From sequence record OQ790161.1: a DNA stretch of 64,000 nucleotides, one strand, 5' to 3'. The notes under the pieces were generated by a model that did not search any database, was not told where the DNA came from, and saw nothing but the letters and a program-made list of their open reading frames with translations. Position 1 is the first letter of the stretch; each line of letters begins with the position of its first letter. A program made the translations under genes and the position numbers. Of the stretch, positions 48,695-58,955 are shown piece after piece.

Positions 48695-50899
48695 ATGCAC
48701 CATTTCGTAAATCCTCCGGAGACCTACGTCCGGAAAGTTGATGTACAGAAAACCTACTTGGACGATGCCGCCCTCTTCGTTTCCAAGATGCGCAGGATCT
48801 CGTTGGAGCAAGCCCGGCAGTTCGTGCTGAACACGACCGCCCCCTCCGGCAGCTTGCCGATGAAAGACCCCAACACCATGGTTCTGGTCCGTCAGCCCAA
48901 TGGCGACCGGGAACAGCGACAGATGCGGTTCTCCGAATTCCTTCGTTCGGTTTACGATGGTCGGCAGATGCTCTCGCCTTCGATGACAGCGTATATCCAT
49001 CCGGACGACAAGAAGTCGCTGCTGGCGATCTACATTGACAAGAACTTGGATCGACGCAAGAAAGCCAAGGCTGAGATGTTTGCAGCCAAGATGGCCGGCG
49101 ACGAGGCGATGGCCAACATCGGCAACTCCAAGCAGACCACGTTCAAGATCAAGAACAACTCCCTGTCCGGTGCGCACAGCTCGCCGTACACGATCCTGTG
49201 GAACAAGTCCAGCCACTCCACGCTGACCTCGACCTGTCGTGTGGCCACCTCGTATGGCAACACCAACAACGAGAAGTTCCTGTACGGCAACCGGCATTAC
49301 TGGTGCCCGGACATCGCCCGCAACAACATCATCTCGATCATCAACCACACCGACCTGGAGAACATGGCGCGTGTGATGGCCAAGTTCGAACTGCAACCAC
49401 CCACGGTCGCTGATACGATGGAGATGCTGCACCGGTGCTGTGACAACTACTGGCGCGATGCAGATGAAACCGAGAACCTGCACCAGTTGGTGCTGTCGCT
49501 GACGGACGTGGAACGTGCCGCTGTGATGTTCACCTCGGACCTGTATCACCTGTCCAAGTCCAACGATGCATTCGTGCGTGAATTCCTGCGTCGCCTGTCC
49601 CACCATCCGGCCCAACCACAATCGGTTGAAGAAGCCAAGGGTTGGATCAAGCGCATGGACGGTAACCTCGAAGCGTTCGTGTTCATGCTCTGCTCCAAAG
49701 AACTGGCCGGCGGTACGCTTAAGGACGCCAACGGCGACAAGACCAACATCCCGCTGGATGTGGCCCGTCCGGAAGACTACGGTCGTCTGGGTGCTGCTGC
49801 CAAGAGCGTGATCGATACGCTGGACCATTACGAAGAGTTCATTCGCTGCTTCTGGGTGAGCAACAACCTGCCCGCCTCGATCTTCCATGCGCCGGGTATC
49901 CTGCGCCGATCGGCTGTGACCTCTGATACCGACTCGACCATCTTCACCGTCCAGCATTGGACGATTTGGTACCGTGGCCAATTGGACTTCACCAAGGAGT
50001 CTGAAGACATCGCCTCGACCACTGTGTATTTGGCCGGTCAGCTGATTCGCCACATCCTGGCCACCACCTCCGGTGCCATGGGCGTTGCCAAGCAGTACGT
50101 CAACAAGCTTTCGATGAAGAACGAATACTACTTCCCGGTATTCAGCCTGACCTCGAGAGCCAAGCACTATTACGCCTACCAAGCCGCGCAGGAAGGCAAC
50201 GTGCTCAAAGAGCTGGAACTGGAGATCAAGGGCGTGGCCCTGCGTAACTCCAACATTCCACCTGACATTACCGGTAAGGCCCATGCACTGATTCGTCATG
50301 TCATGGACACCGTGATGGCCGGTAAGAAGCTCAATGCGTCCCAAGTCCTGCGTTATGTAGCCAAGGTCGAAGATGACATTCGACAGGGCGTGCTGAGCGG
50401 CTCCTACAGCCTGCTGGGCAAGATGCAGATCAAGGGCCGGGATGCATACAAGAATCCGGAGTCTTCCAACTTCCTCCACTACGACATGTGGGAATCGGTC
50501 TTTGCCGACACCTACGGTCATGCACCGCCTCCACCGTACGTGGCCGTCAAGGTCCCGGTCGATCTGGAGCGCAAGCAAGACATGGAGAAGTGGCTCAAGG
50601 GCATGGAGAACCAAGCCATTGCCGATCGTCTGCGTACGTGGCTGGAAGCCAACAACAAGACGACCATGGCCATCATGATGTTGCCTGAGCAGGTACTGGC
50701 ATTGACGGGTATCCCCAAGGAGATCGTCGCCGCTGTGGACATTCGCCCGCTGATCATTCAGACGGTCGAAGCGTTCTACCTGATCTTGGAGTCGCTGGGC
50801 ATCTTCATGAAGAACAAGGACCAAACCCGTCTGGTATCGGATGAGGAATGGTTACTGGCCGAAGATTGGCCGTTGGGTGAATTGCTGATTGCAAGCTAA
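48695..50899 (+). CDS. Family B DNA polymerase, polymerase-domain subunit (phiKZ gp50-like)
   Basis: KIKNNSLSGA (PolB motif B-like), TSDTDSTIF (YGDTDS-like), KHYYAY and KGVALRNS; upstream of the chimallin block as in phiKZ. Confidence 0.85.
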   Translation: MHHFVNPPETYVRKVDVQKTYLDDAALFVSKMRRISLEQARQFVLNTTAPSGSLPMKDPNTMVLVRQPNGDREQRQMRFSEFLRSVYDGRQMLSPSMTAYIHPDDKKSLLAIYIDKNLDRRKKAKAEMFAAKMAGDEAMANIGNSKQTTFKIKNNSLSGAHSSPYTILWNKSSHSTLTSTCRVATSYGNTNNEKFLYGNRHYWCPDIARNNIISIINHTDLENMARVMAKFELQPPTVADTMEMLHRCCDNYWRDADETENLHQLVLSLTDVERAAVMFTSDLYHLSKSNDAFVREFLRRLSHHPAQPQSVEEAKGWIKRMDGNLEAFVFMLCSKELAGGTLKDANGDKTNIPLDVARPEDYGRLGAAAKSVIDTLDHYEEFIRCFWVSNNLPASIFHAPGILRRSAVTSDTDSTIFTVQHWTIWYRGQLDFTKESEDIASTTVYLAGQLIRHILATTSGAMGVAKQYVNKLSMKNEYYFPVFSLTSRAKHYYAYQAAQEGNVLKELELEIKGVALRNSNIPPDITGKAHALIRHVMDTVMAGKKLNASQVLRYVAKVEDDIRQGVLSGSYSLLGKMQIKGRDAYKNPESSNFLHYDMWESVFADTYGHAPPPPYVAVKVPVDLERKQDMEKWLKGMENQAIADRLRTWLEANNKTTMAIMMLPEQVLALTGIPKEIVAAVDIRPLIIQTVEAFYLILESLGIFMKNKDQTRLVSDEEWLLAEDWPLGELLIAS

Positions 50900-50912
50900 A
50901 CATCGACTATCG

Positions 50913-50960
50913 GGCATAAGCCCTCCACCACTTCCTTAACCGGAGGTGGTGGAGGGTGCT
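50913..50960. repeat. GGCATA-hairpin element between convergent genes
   Basis: GGCATA-ag-CCCTCCACCACTTCC-ttaacc-GGAGGTGGTGGAGGG. Confidence 0.6.
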
Positions 50961-50962
50961 GC

Positions 50963-52051
50963 TCAATCCAGATAGGGTCGAATGGCGTAATCGATGAGAA
51001 TGGTCAGGTCCTCATACAGATCAGAAGGCATCGAAGAACGCAAGACACTACTGCCTTCCATGTACTTCAGCCAACGCTTGATGTAGTTCAGGTATTGCTG
51101 ATTGCGTGAATTGTCCGTACTGCGATTGAACTGGACCAAGAAGGCCACCAGATTCACACGTGCCAACACGACACTCCATTGCAGCTGGGTGGAGAAGGGC
51201 ATCTCCGGGAGCCTTAGGACGTCGTGTAAATTCTCAGAGGAAACCGTAGGTATGTGAGACACCAACGTGTCAAAGTCCCACCGCTTGGGACCGGCTTGCT
51301 CCAGGAACTTATCAAGCACACGATCTACCTCCGCCGACCAGTCGGTCAGGTAGAACGGATGACGATAGGGATCCACAACCGGTCGGGTGCCGAAGTAACG
51401 GCCCATCAAGCGATTGAGGATGGCGATGTCGATTTGGCTGTCAAGCATGTTGGGCAGCGGATACGCTTGCAGGAAGTGACCGGGGGTCCGCACGGACTCA
51501 TCCAGACCACCGTACTTCAAGCGCCACATCCGGTACTGACTGGCCAGCATGGGAACATTGATCGAAATCACTGTCACACCGGGGGTAGCAGACGCGAACT
51601 GCCCATCGGCCACCGGCAGCTTGAGGGTACTCATGGGATGCCAGAGATAACGAATCGGGGCCAGCTCCTCCCAATTCTTAATCCCAGCTTCCACGTCCCA
51701 CGTATCGGTGTTGGCGACGTAGACCTCCGTTGACTGCTTGCCCAAGAAGTCACCGGGGCGAAACACCCGCCCTTTAGAAAGAGCAGAGTTCATTCCCAGG
51801 CTTTGCGTGAACAGTAGCGCGATGTCAGCGATCTTGTCATTGTAGGTAACCGCATCGAGCTTTTGGCTCACGGGGATGCTGCCCAACAGGCGCAGCAAGA
51901 AATGCCCACCCTTGAGCATTCGAGGATTGATGCGGCGGTACTGCTTGATTCGGTCGATCGACAGCTGCAGTCCATCTCGGATCCTGCGGAAGTCGGGGAA
52001 GATCAATCCCCCACCGTAATGGAGGGGAGACTCCTGCAACAGATGATACAT
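50963..52051 (-). CDS. Conserved Chimalliviridae protein between DNA polymerase and chimallin (362 aa)
   Basis: ATG 52051 with GGAGG RBS; divergent from chmA, matching the gp52/53 position. Confidence 0.65.
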   Translation of the reverse strand: MYHLLQESPLHYGGGLIFPDFRRIRDGLQLSIDRIKQYRRINPRMLKGGHFLLRLLGSIPVSQKLDAVTYNDKIADIALLFTQSLGMNSALSKGRVFRPGDFLGKQSTEVYVANTDTWDVEAGIKNWEELAPIRYLWHPMSTLKLPVADGQFASATPGVTVISINVPMLASQYRMWRLKYGGLDESVRTPGHFLQAYPLPNMLDSQIDIAILNRLMGRYFGTRPVVDPYRHPFYLTDWSAEVDRVLDKFLEQAGPKRWDFDTLVSHIPTVSSENLHDVLRLPEMPFSTQLQWSVVLARVNLVAFLVQFNRSTDNSRNQQYLNYIKRWLKYMEGSSVLRSSMPSDLYEDLTILIDYAIRPYLD

Positions 52052-52356
52052 GTCGCCTCCGGGCGGTGGTGTTATCGGTGCGGGGTAAAAGGGCCATATA
52101 ATTCGGGTCTTAGAGGAGCTTACGTTTTTCTTTACCGAAAAGTGCTCTATCATGTAGGGAATACGCTTCCCAGACATCCACCGCAACTGGATGTCGAAAA
52201 CGTCGAGGTATATTATCGACGGGCGTAAATAGAATAGGATTCAAAGAAATTTGGAAACTAAACTATACCCTTGACATTAGTAACGAGCCATCGATACTGG
52301 TGTTCGCGCGAACTACCCATAGAAAAATCCGTCCAATCGAAACAGAGGAATACGCA

Positions 52357-54297
52357 ATGTCCATGTCCCGTCCCGGCGACAACAACGGCAATGACAAGAA
52401 CCAGCAGGGCACCCCGAAGAGCGGCGTGTTCAGCGATTCGTTCAACCAGACCGGCAACTCGCAGAACGCCGGCGCTGCCCAGGGCAGCTCCAACACCAAC
52501 CGCACCGGTGGCTCGCCGCGTGGCGTGAACCGCATCCTGTCCCAGCGCACCGGCATGGGCCGCAAGCGTCCGGCCGCCGACATCAAGGCGATGCAGGAAG
52601 CCCTGAGCCTGGAACTGGACGCGTTCAACAACAACGCCGCCCTGCCCGAAGCGCAGGACTTCAAGCTGATCATGGCGGACCGCAACCGCCTGAACAAGAA
52701 GGTCGACGCGCTGATCTGCGTGCTGCCGGTCAACCACGAAGGCTCCATCCACGCCGTCATCCACACCCTGCTGCTGGAAGACGCCAACGACGCCTACGAG
52801 CCGACCACCCTGCAGGTCGCCGGCAAGCAGTACCGCTACACCACCGCGGTGGGCGACGTCTACACCCCGGAGTTCTGGGCAACCATCGTGGACGTGGTCA
52901 CCGAGCAGAGCGGCCTGAAGGTCATCCCGTACGACGCCGGTCACCAGACCATCCCGGCTGAAGCGGACATCAAGGACAAGGACGCGATCCACAAGTTCGC
53001 CTTCTTCGCCAGCGAAGCGCTGACCCGCAACGCGCTGAGCCAGATCCTGAAGACCACCGCCGACGTGATCTCCCTGACCGACCTGGGCGACAGCGTCAAC
53101 ACCACCGCCGTGATCGACTTCCGTACCGTCGACGACCAGACCGCCTCCGGCCTGCCGCTCGCCAGCGATTACGAAGTGAAGCTGCGTTACAGCGACGTGG
53201 CCGGCGGCCAGGGCACCAACCAGAGCGGCAAGGCGTTCGAGCTCGGCAGCCAGATCCCGCTGGGTGGCGCGACCGGCATCATCGACCTGTCCTACTCGCC
53301 GCCGCCGCAGGCCGGCTTCGGTCAGCAGCAGCAGACCCAGCACTACTGGGCCCGTACCGTGCTGACCCGCCTGGACACCGACCAGGACGTGATCACGCCG
53401 GAACTGCAGGGCCTGTCCCTGCTGGCTGCCACCCTGATCGGCCGCAACCTGAACTGGGCGCGCACCTGGTCGCCGCAGTTCCGCAGCCAGGACGATGTGC
53501 TCAACGACATCGGCGCCATCGGCTACGAACTGCCGGGTCCGGACGGCCAGCCGTACGGTCGCATCCCGACCAACACGGCGTCCTTCGACGACGCGGCGCT
53601 GGCGAAGCTGGTCATGACGGCCATCCACGACCGTCCGATCATCTCGCTGGACATCGAAGAGTCGGGTGAGCTGACCTGGCTGAACCGCGTGCTGCTGGAC
53701 GCAGCCAACGGTTCGCAGGAAGCCGAGCAGGCCATCATCGACACGTTCGACAACCTGACCGGCGGCAACTTCAGCAAGCTGTGGACCGGCGGCCGTCTGG
53801 TCGAAGACGACAACAACCGCATCCACCTGGGTTACTTCATCGCCGATGACCTGGGCACCCGTCGTGACATCCGCAACCTGCGCTACCTGCAGGTGCTGAA
53901 CCGTTACGCCGAGCAGGATCCGCAGATGATCGTCAAGTGGCAGGACACCTTCGACAACCAGGACCTGGACCCGGAAGTCCGCCTGGCCGAGCGTGAAGAC
54001 CTGATCCGCAAGATCCTGGGCCCGACCGTCCGCATCACCGGCTACGCCCGTCGCGTGTCGTTCAACCCGGACTTCCTGAACTGCGCGCTGGAAGCGGCAG
54101 CGATGGCCGGTCTGCGCATCCGTCCGGAAAACACCCTGATCGGCTTCGGCCAGACCGTCTCGCGCGGTCGCGCCGACATGTCCTCGCTGGCCTTCGGTGG
54201 CCAGGGTGGTCGTGGTGTGTTCGTGCACGGCGGCAACAACAACGCCGGCCGCTCGTTCGCACGTCCGTTCACCGGCCGTGGTCCGTTCCTGCGCTAA
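52357..54297 (+). CDS. chmA: Chimallin, phage nuclear shell protein
   Basis: 646 aa with a low-complexity N-terminus. WAR..P, DIGA.G, SFDD, NL.GGNF, LG......RD.R.L and LG.TV..TG.A.R..FN.DF recall 201phi2-1 gp105. Extreme codon bias; directly before the nvRNAP beta' gene. Confidence 0.9.
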   Translation: MSMSRPGDNNGNDKNQQGTPKSGVFSDSFNQTGNSQNAGAAQGSSNTNRTGGSPRGVNRILSQRTGMGRKRPAADIKAMQEALSLELDAFNNNAALPEAQDFKLIMADRNRLNKKVDALICVLPVNHEGSIHAVIHTLLLEDANDAYEPTTLQVAGKQYRYTTAVGDVYTPEFWATIVDVVTEQSGLKVIPYDAGHQTIPAEADIKDKDAIHKFAFFASEALTRNALSQILKTTADVISLTDLGDSVNTTAVIDFRTVDDQTASGLPLASDYEVKLRYSDVAGGQGTNQSGKAFELGSQIPLGGATGIIDLSYSPPPQAGFGQQQQTQHYWARTVLTRLDTDQDVITPELQGLSLLAATLIGRNLNWARTWSPQFRSQDDVLNDIGAIGYELPGPDGQPYGRIPTNTASFDDAALAKLVMTAIHDRPIISLDIEESGELTWLNRVLLDAANGSQEAEQAIIDTFDNLTGGNFSKLWTGGRLVEDDNNRIHLGYFIADDLGTRRDIRNLRYLQVLNRYAEQDPQMIVKWQDTFDNQDLDPEVRLAEREDLIRKILGPTVRITGYARRVSFNPDFLNCALEAAAMAGLRIRPENTLIGFGQTVSRGRADMSSLAFGGQGGRGVFVHGGNNNAGRSFARPFTGRGPFLR

Positions 54298-54338
54298 GCC
54301 ATCGACGTGAGTCGATAGCTGCAGGATAGCAACTGTGA

Positions 54339-54371
54339 GAAAGGCCGCCCTTCGGGGCGGCCTTTCTTTTT
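54339..54371 (+). terminator. Intrinsic terminator after chmA
   Basis: GAAAGGCCGCCC-ttcg-GGGCGGCCTTTC-TTTTT. Confidence 0.8.
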
Positions 54372-54584
54372 GCCGTCTACGTGTAAAAAGCAACACAGAA
54401 CAGCTATGAAATGATCCGGTGTTTTGCTGAGCTGCCACCGGAGAGAACGAATCGAAGGCTCAGTGCAGAAAGGGGATGAACTATCAACGCACTACTTTCA
54501 TTTGACCCCGAGTCGATTGATCCCCCGTTGCGTGCTCGCAAGCGCGACGGGATTGACAAGTGTCGCAAGTTCGATGGCATTGCG

Positions 54585-56012
54585 ATGCGACTGGTGGACC
54601 TGAACCGGGATTTCGAAACGGCCAGCAATCCGCCGGTGATCGTCAACTCCTTCAACGTGAACACCGTCGAAGACAAGCAGCTGCTGGATCGGATGATCTA
54701 CACCTACTACGAAGGCGATAGCCTGAATGTGGTGCCGACCTGCGACTGTGGCAAAACCAAGGGCGCTGGCAAGATCGGCAGCCGTTGTCCCAAGTGCAAC
54801 GGTGAAGTCCGTCCGGTCAGTGAGCAACCGCTGGAGCCGCTGCTGTGGCTGGCTCCGCCTGACGGTGTCAAGACCTTCATCAACCCCCAAGCGTGGACCA
54901 TGTTGTCCAAGGCTCTCTCGCATGGTGGGGTGAACGGTCTGGCCTGGCTGTGTGATCCTTACATGCCAGTGGGTAACGAACCCCATCGTGAGATCCGTCG
55001 TCTGATGGATCTGGGTATCGAACGTGGGATCAACAACTTCTACGACAATTTCGATGAGATCATCGAGATGCTGTTCAATGCCGGGGTGATCTCGGGCACC
55101 AGCCGTCGTCAACGCGAAGATCTCTACCAGTTCATCAAGCTCAACCGCGATCGCATCTTCACCCGCCACCTGCCGATCCCCTCGCGCATGGGGTTTGTGA
55201 CCGAGCGGTCGATTACCGGTTCGTTTGCTGATACCACGATGAAGACAGCGATCGAGGCCATTCGCACGATCTCGGCCACCGTCCATTCGCTGATCCCGCT
55301 GGACATCAAGCGACTGCAGTCGCGTACGGTAAAGGCCAACGAGTATCTGGCCGTTTACCATCAGGAGTACATGTCCGCAACGCTGACGTCCAAGCGTGGC
55401 TGGCTGCGTAAGAACGTCTTCGGTTCTCCGCTGTACTTCACCTTCCGTGCCGTGATCTCCTCGCTGTCGGAGCGCCACGAGTACGATGAGTTGCACCTGC
55501 CGTGGGGTGTGGCGGTCTCGACCTACGAGGTCCACCTCACTTCCAAGATGTTCCGCCTGAACAATCCGGATACCGGCCGGCCGTTTACTCCCAACGAAAT
55601 CAAGAAGCACTTGCGCGAGCACACGCTGCGTTACAGTCCGCTGATTGATCAGTTGTTCAAGGAGCTGATCGCCGAATCCCCGCACAAGGGACTGCCGGTC
55701 CTGTTCAACCGCAATCCGTCACTGGACCGCGGTTCGATCCAGGAATTCTTCGTCACCAAGATCAATCCGGATCCGAAGATCAACGCCGTGGCCATGTCGG
55801 TCCTGACGCTGAAGGCGCCCAACGCCGACTTCGATGGCGATGCACTGAACGGCACCCCGCTGTTGTCCAACCGCTTGGAGCGTGCATTCAACGTGCTTGC
55901 TCCGCACCAAGGCGTCTTGGATCTGGACCGCCCACGTTCCATGTCCAGAAACCAAGCGATGCCGCCACCGGTGGCAAGTACCATCGCCAACTGGCTGCAC
56001 GGTGGCAAGTAG
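54585..56012 (+). CDS. Non-virion RNA polymerase beta'-like subunit (phiKZ gp55-like), uninterrupted; exact start uncertain
   Basis: Zn-binding CDCG..CPKC, FTFRAVISS, FNRNPSL and catalytic NADFDGD. Confidence 0.92.
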   Translation: MRLVDLNRDFETASNPPVIVNSFNVNTVEDKQLLDRMIYTYYEGDSLNVVPTCDCGKTKGAGKIGSRCPKCNGEVRPVSEQPLEPLLWLAPPDGVKTFINPQAWTMLSKALSHGGVNGLAWLCDPYMPVGNEPHREIRRLMDLGIERGINNFYDNFDEIIEMLFNAGVISGTSRRQREDLYQFIKLNRDRIFTRHLPIPSRMGFVTERSITGSFADTTMKTAIEAIRTISATVHSLIPLDIKRLQSRTVKANEYLAVYHQEYMSATLTSKRGWLRKNVFGSPLYFTFRAVISSLSERHEYDELHLPWGVAVSTYEVHLTSKMFRLNNPDTGRPFTPNEIKKHLREHTLRYSPLIDQLFKELIAESPHKGLPVLFNRNPSLDRGSIQEFFVTKINPDPKINAVAMSVLTLKAPNADFDGDALNGTPLLSNRLERAFNVLAPHQGVLDLDRPRSMSRNQAMPPPVASTIANWLHGGK

Positions 56013-56063
56013 TGAAGGGGCCCTTCGGGGCCTCTTGTTTTCCCTTACCTCAAGAGACACCCA

Positions 56064-56384
56064 ATGTCCGAGAACAAAGACTACAGCCGCATCCTTGCGT
56101 TGGCACTGACTCAGGTCTTGCCGATTGCCAAGCGCGCGGTGGAGGCGGATAACGCCAAGGCTGAAGCCACCGAAGAAGCCATCGCGGCCATCGTTGGTGA
56201 TGATGTCGAATCGGATGCTCAGCTGATTGAAATCAGCGCCGGCTACACGGCCGTCAATCTGGATGAAGTTCGCATCCACCGGGGCGAAGAAGCCCTGCGG
56301 CAGTTCAATACCACCGACAAGTCCGTCGTTGGTCTGGGCGAAAGCGCCCTGGATGGCGAGTTCAACATCGAGTTCGAGCTCTAA
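56064..56384 (+). CDS. Paralog family member 1 (106 aa)
   Basis: LALALTQVLP.A ... LDGEFNIEFEL. Confidence 0.75.
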   Translation: MSENKDYSRILALALTQVLPIAKRAVEADNAKAEATEEAIAAIVGDDVESDAQLIEISAGYTAVNLDEVRIHRGEEALRQFNTTDKSVVGLGESALDGEFNIEFEL

Positions 56385-56447
56385 GTCCTGTTCCACGTAA
56401 GGGTTCTACGGAACCAACCCTTTTTTCTTCCGCAATCGAGAATACTG

Positions 56448-56780
56448 ATGACCCAGAAGACCGATACCGAATTCGCCCGTGCACTGGCCCTGTCGCTGAC
56501 CCAGGTCCTGCCCATCGCCAAGCGTGCCGCCCAGGCCGATGGCGTGGCCAACGCCAATGCCAACCTGACGCATCTCAATGACGTCAGCGCCAACGGCGAA
56601 TCGGATGCGTCCAACATCAAGAAGGCTCAGCTGGACAAGGACGTGGCCGCCCACCACGCCGACACCAAGCGCCTGCAGCGTGCCAGCCACCTGCTCGAGC
56701 AGTTCGACCAGACCGAGCAGCACATCCGTGAGCTGCCCGAAGACCACTTCGACGGCACCTTCGAAGTCAAGTTCGACTAA
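56448..56780 (+). CDS. Paralog family member 2 (110 aa)
   Basis: LALSLTQVLP.A ... FDGTFEVKFD. Confidence 0.75.
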   Translation: MTQKTDTEFARALALSLTQVLPIAKRAAQADGVANANANLTHLNDVSANGESDASNIKKAQLDKDVAAHHADTKRLQRASHLLEQFDQTEQHIRELPEDHFDGTFEVKFD

Positions 56781-56785
56781 GCGCC

Positions 56786-56825
56786 GGCATAAGCGGAGGG
56801 TCTTCGGACCCTCCGCTCCTGTGCC
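56786..56825 (+). repeat. GGCATA-hairpin(cUUCGg)-TGTGCC element
   Basis: GGCATA-AGCGGAGGGTC-ttcg-GACCCTCCGCT-cc-TGTGCC. Confidence 0.7.
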
Positions 56826-56844
56826 CCCAATCGGATTTTTCTTT

Positions 56845-57354
56845 ATGTCCACCAGCCCCTACCCCAAGATTCCCAGCCTGAGGCTATTGACCGGCGGTCT
56901 TCGCACCACGTTCAAGCCGATGCTCTCCAGTAACCCCGATCCTGAACTCCTCGTTAAGGTGCGAGTGGGACTGCAAGGGGACATCGTGACCCATGGCTAC
57001 CACATCGGCCTGCACGATGCGTTCGTCCAGAACAACCTGGATCTCACCGAGCAGGACTTCAATCACATCACCAAGATGTACTGGTTGCGCATCCGTACCC
57101 GTTTGGAGATGGAGGCATTTGCCAGACGTAGCAACTTGTGGTGGGTGTCGATCGGGCTGAAGTTGCGCCCGGATGCCATCAACTACGCCATGACGAATCA
57201 GATAAGCCCGTGGCAACACATGGCTAACGGGGATGTGCCTGAAGATGAACTCTATCTTGAAGTGATGCGTGGTCCGGACGAATTCGTTGCCTACGCGATG
57301 GATCATTACACCAAGCCACTTCCGCCCCTTACCTTGGTGCCGACACCCGGTTGA
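56845..57354 (+). CDS. Hypothetical protein (169 aa) interrupting the paralog array
   Basis: ATG 56845; lacks the family motif. Confidence 0.6.
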   Translation: MSTSPYPKIPSLRLLTGGLRTTFKPMLSSNPDPELLVKVRVGLQGDIVTHGYHIGLHDAFVQNNLDLTEQDFNHITKMYWLRIRTRLEMEAFARRSNLWWVSIGLKLRPDAINYAMTNQISPWQHMANGDVPEDELYLEVMRGPDEFVAYAMDHYTKPLPPLTLVPTPG

Positions 57355-57368
57355 ACTAGGAGAACAAG

Positions 57369-57941
57369 ATGGACCAGTTTCTGTTGAAAACCCCTGACCC
57401 CTATCTTCGCCAAGGTGCGCTGGCCACCACCGACACGCGCGGTGATCGGGTCAAGATCAGTTTCGAGGTGGGTGGGGATTTCGTCTTCACTCATGTCCGC
57501 CCACCTTACGCCAACATCAGTCCCGCTCAAGTGGAAGAGAAAGTGGACCACGTGATCGCCAACGGTGAATCCTTGCGTGGAGTGATGGATGATTACCAGC
57601 GCGTGGAGAACTTCTCACAGGCGGTCAAGGAAACCTTGGCACCCTTGCGCGAAGAGGTCCGCGAAGCCACTTCCCGCACTGTCGAGCTGGATAACCTCAC
57701 CCAGTTCTTGGGCGTGAGCCTACGTGGCGTGCTCCCCTTTGCCATTGAGAGCGTCGCACAGCGCCGCTATCAGGCAGAGGTGAATGAAGACCCCGATGCC
57801 ATGGTCAGTGCCGTCAAGGCCCACCAGCTCATCGACAGGGCCGAGGCGGCGCTTGTGGCGCTGCGTGAGACTGACCTCAACATCGACGACAAGTCCGATG
57901 ATGAGCTGGACGGTGAGTTCACCATCTTCTTTGAGGACTAG
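57369..57941 (+). CDS. Paralog family member 3 (190 aa)
   Basis: LTQFLGVSLRGVLP.A ... LDGEFTIFFED. Confidence 0.75.
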   Translation: MDQFLLKTPDPYLRQGALATTDTRGDRVKISFEVGGDFVFTHVRPPYANISPAQVEEKVDHVIANGESLRGVMDDYQRVENFSQAVKETLAPLREEVREATSRTVELDNLTQFLGVSLRGVLPFAIESVAQRRYQAEVNEDPDAMVSAVKAHQLIDRAEAALVALRETDLNIDDKSDDELDGEFTIFFED

Positions 57942-57945
57942 ACCC

Positions 57946-58416
57946 ATGTCCTACGATCCGCTGGAAAACTCACCCGCGTTGCAAACCTCCCACAAACAGT
58001 TCATGACCGCCACTGGACTTCAACAGAAGCTGTCTTTGGGCGATCGGATCATGGACTTGGTTTCGGCTGGGTTTGAGGACTGTGCCCCGGATCGGATGGA
58101 GGCTACCACCGGCTATGTGATGGTACCGGTGGCGCGTTTGGAGAGTCTGGGCATACAGATCCATGAAGAGCGCAAGCTGACTCAGTTCCTTGGAGTGGCC
58201 TTGCGTGAGGTCGTGCCCTGGGCGGGTAACGAACTCGGTACCCTCATTGAAGGTCAGGTCACTGAACAGGATCAGGCCTTAGTGAAGGAAGCACAGCAAG
58301 CAGTCACCCGCGCTGAAACGGCACTGGCTGCATTGCGCCAAACAACCTTGTTCATCGACAACACGCCCGCCAACGCGTTCGACGATGAGTTCCGAGTTAC
58401 TTTTGAGGAGGAGTGA
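57946..58416 (+). CDS. Paralog family member 4 (156 aa)
   Basis: LTQFLGVALREVVP.A ... FDDEFRVTFEEE. Confidence 0.75.
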   Translation: MSYDPLENSPALQTSHKQFMTATGLQQKLSLGDRIMDLVSAGFEDCAPDRMEATTGYVMVPVARLESLGIQIHEERKLTQFLGVALREVVPWAGNELGTLIEGQVTEQDQALVKEAQQAVTRAETALAALRQTTLFIDNTPANAFDDEFRVTFEEE

Positions 58417-58955
58417 TGGACATCGATAAACAAATGGCTGCCCGCGTTTGCACGCTGGTAGCTGAAGGAGTCAGTCCGGACGTGGCCGCACTGCAAGTGA
58501 TTGGCGACGTCAATCATCCGGCCGTCAACGTGATCGAACAGCTCCAACGCACCGAAGGGCTGGATTACTCCCGCACCATCTTGAAGGTTGCCGCCAAGGG
58601 ACTGGAAGGACATCGGCTTGCCCCGGAGCCGGACTACCTCGGCTTTGACTTGGATAGCGTCCAAGAAACCCTGAGCCAGGTCTCCCGTCAGCTGGACACA
58701 GAGCGTGACCTCACTTGCGCACTGGGTGTGGCCCTGCGACAGGTACTGCCTCATGCCGAGCAGGAAGTGAACTCACTCGAAGACGATGCCGACTGCGATC
58801 GCGACAGCGGTACGGCAGAAATAGCTGCTGAAGGTCGCCGCTCCCTCCAACGCGCACGCATCGTCCTGAAGAAGCTCGACCAGACCCACCTGTCGGTACG
58901 CGACTTTAAGGACGATCATTTCGATGAGTCCTTCAACATCAAGTTCGAGGACTGA
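58413..58955 (+). CDS. Paralog family member 5 (180 aa)
   Basis: LTCALGVALRQVLP.A ... FDESFNIKFED. Confidence 0.75.
   Translation: MMDIDKQMAARVCTLVAEGVSPDVAALQVIGDVNHPAVNVIEQLQRTEGLDYSRTILKVAAKGLEGHRLAPEPDYLGFDLDSVQETLSQVSRQLDTERDLTCALGVALRQVLPHAEQEVNSLEDDADCDRDSGTAEIAAEGRRSLQRARIVLKKLDQTHLSVRDFKDDHFDESFNIKFED

Noticed and set aside
48695-50899. Intein or intron in DNA polymerase, terminase or nvRNAP beta'
   Set aside because: The ORFs are continuous, of family-typical length, and lack intein terminal motifs.
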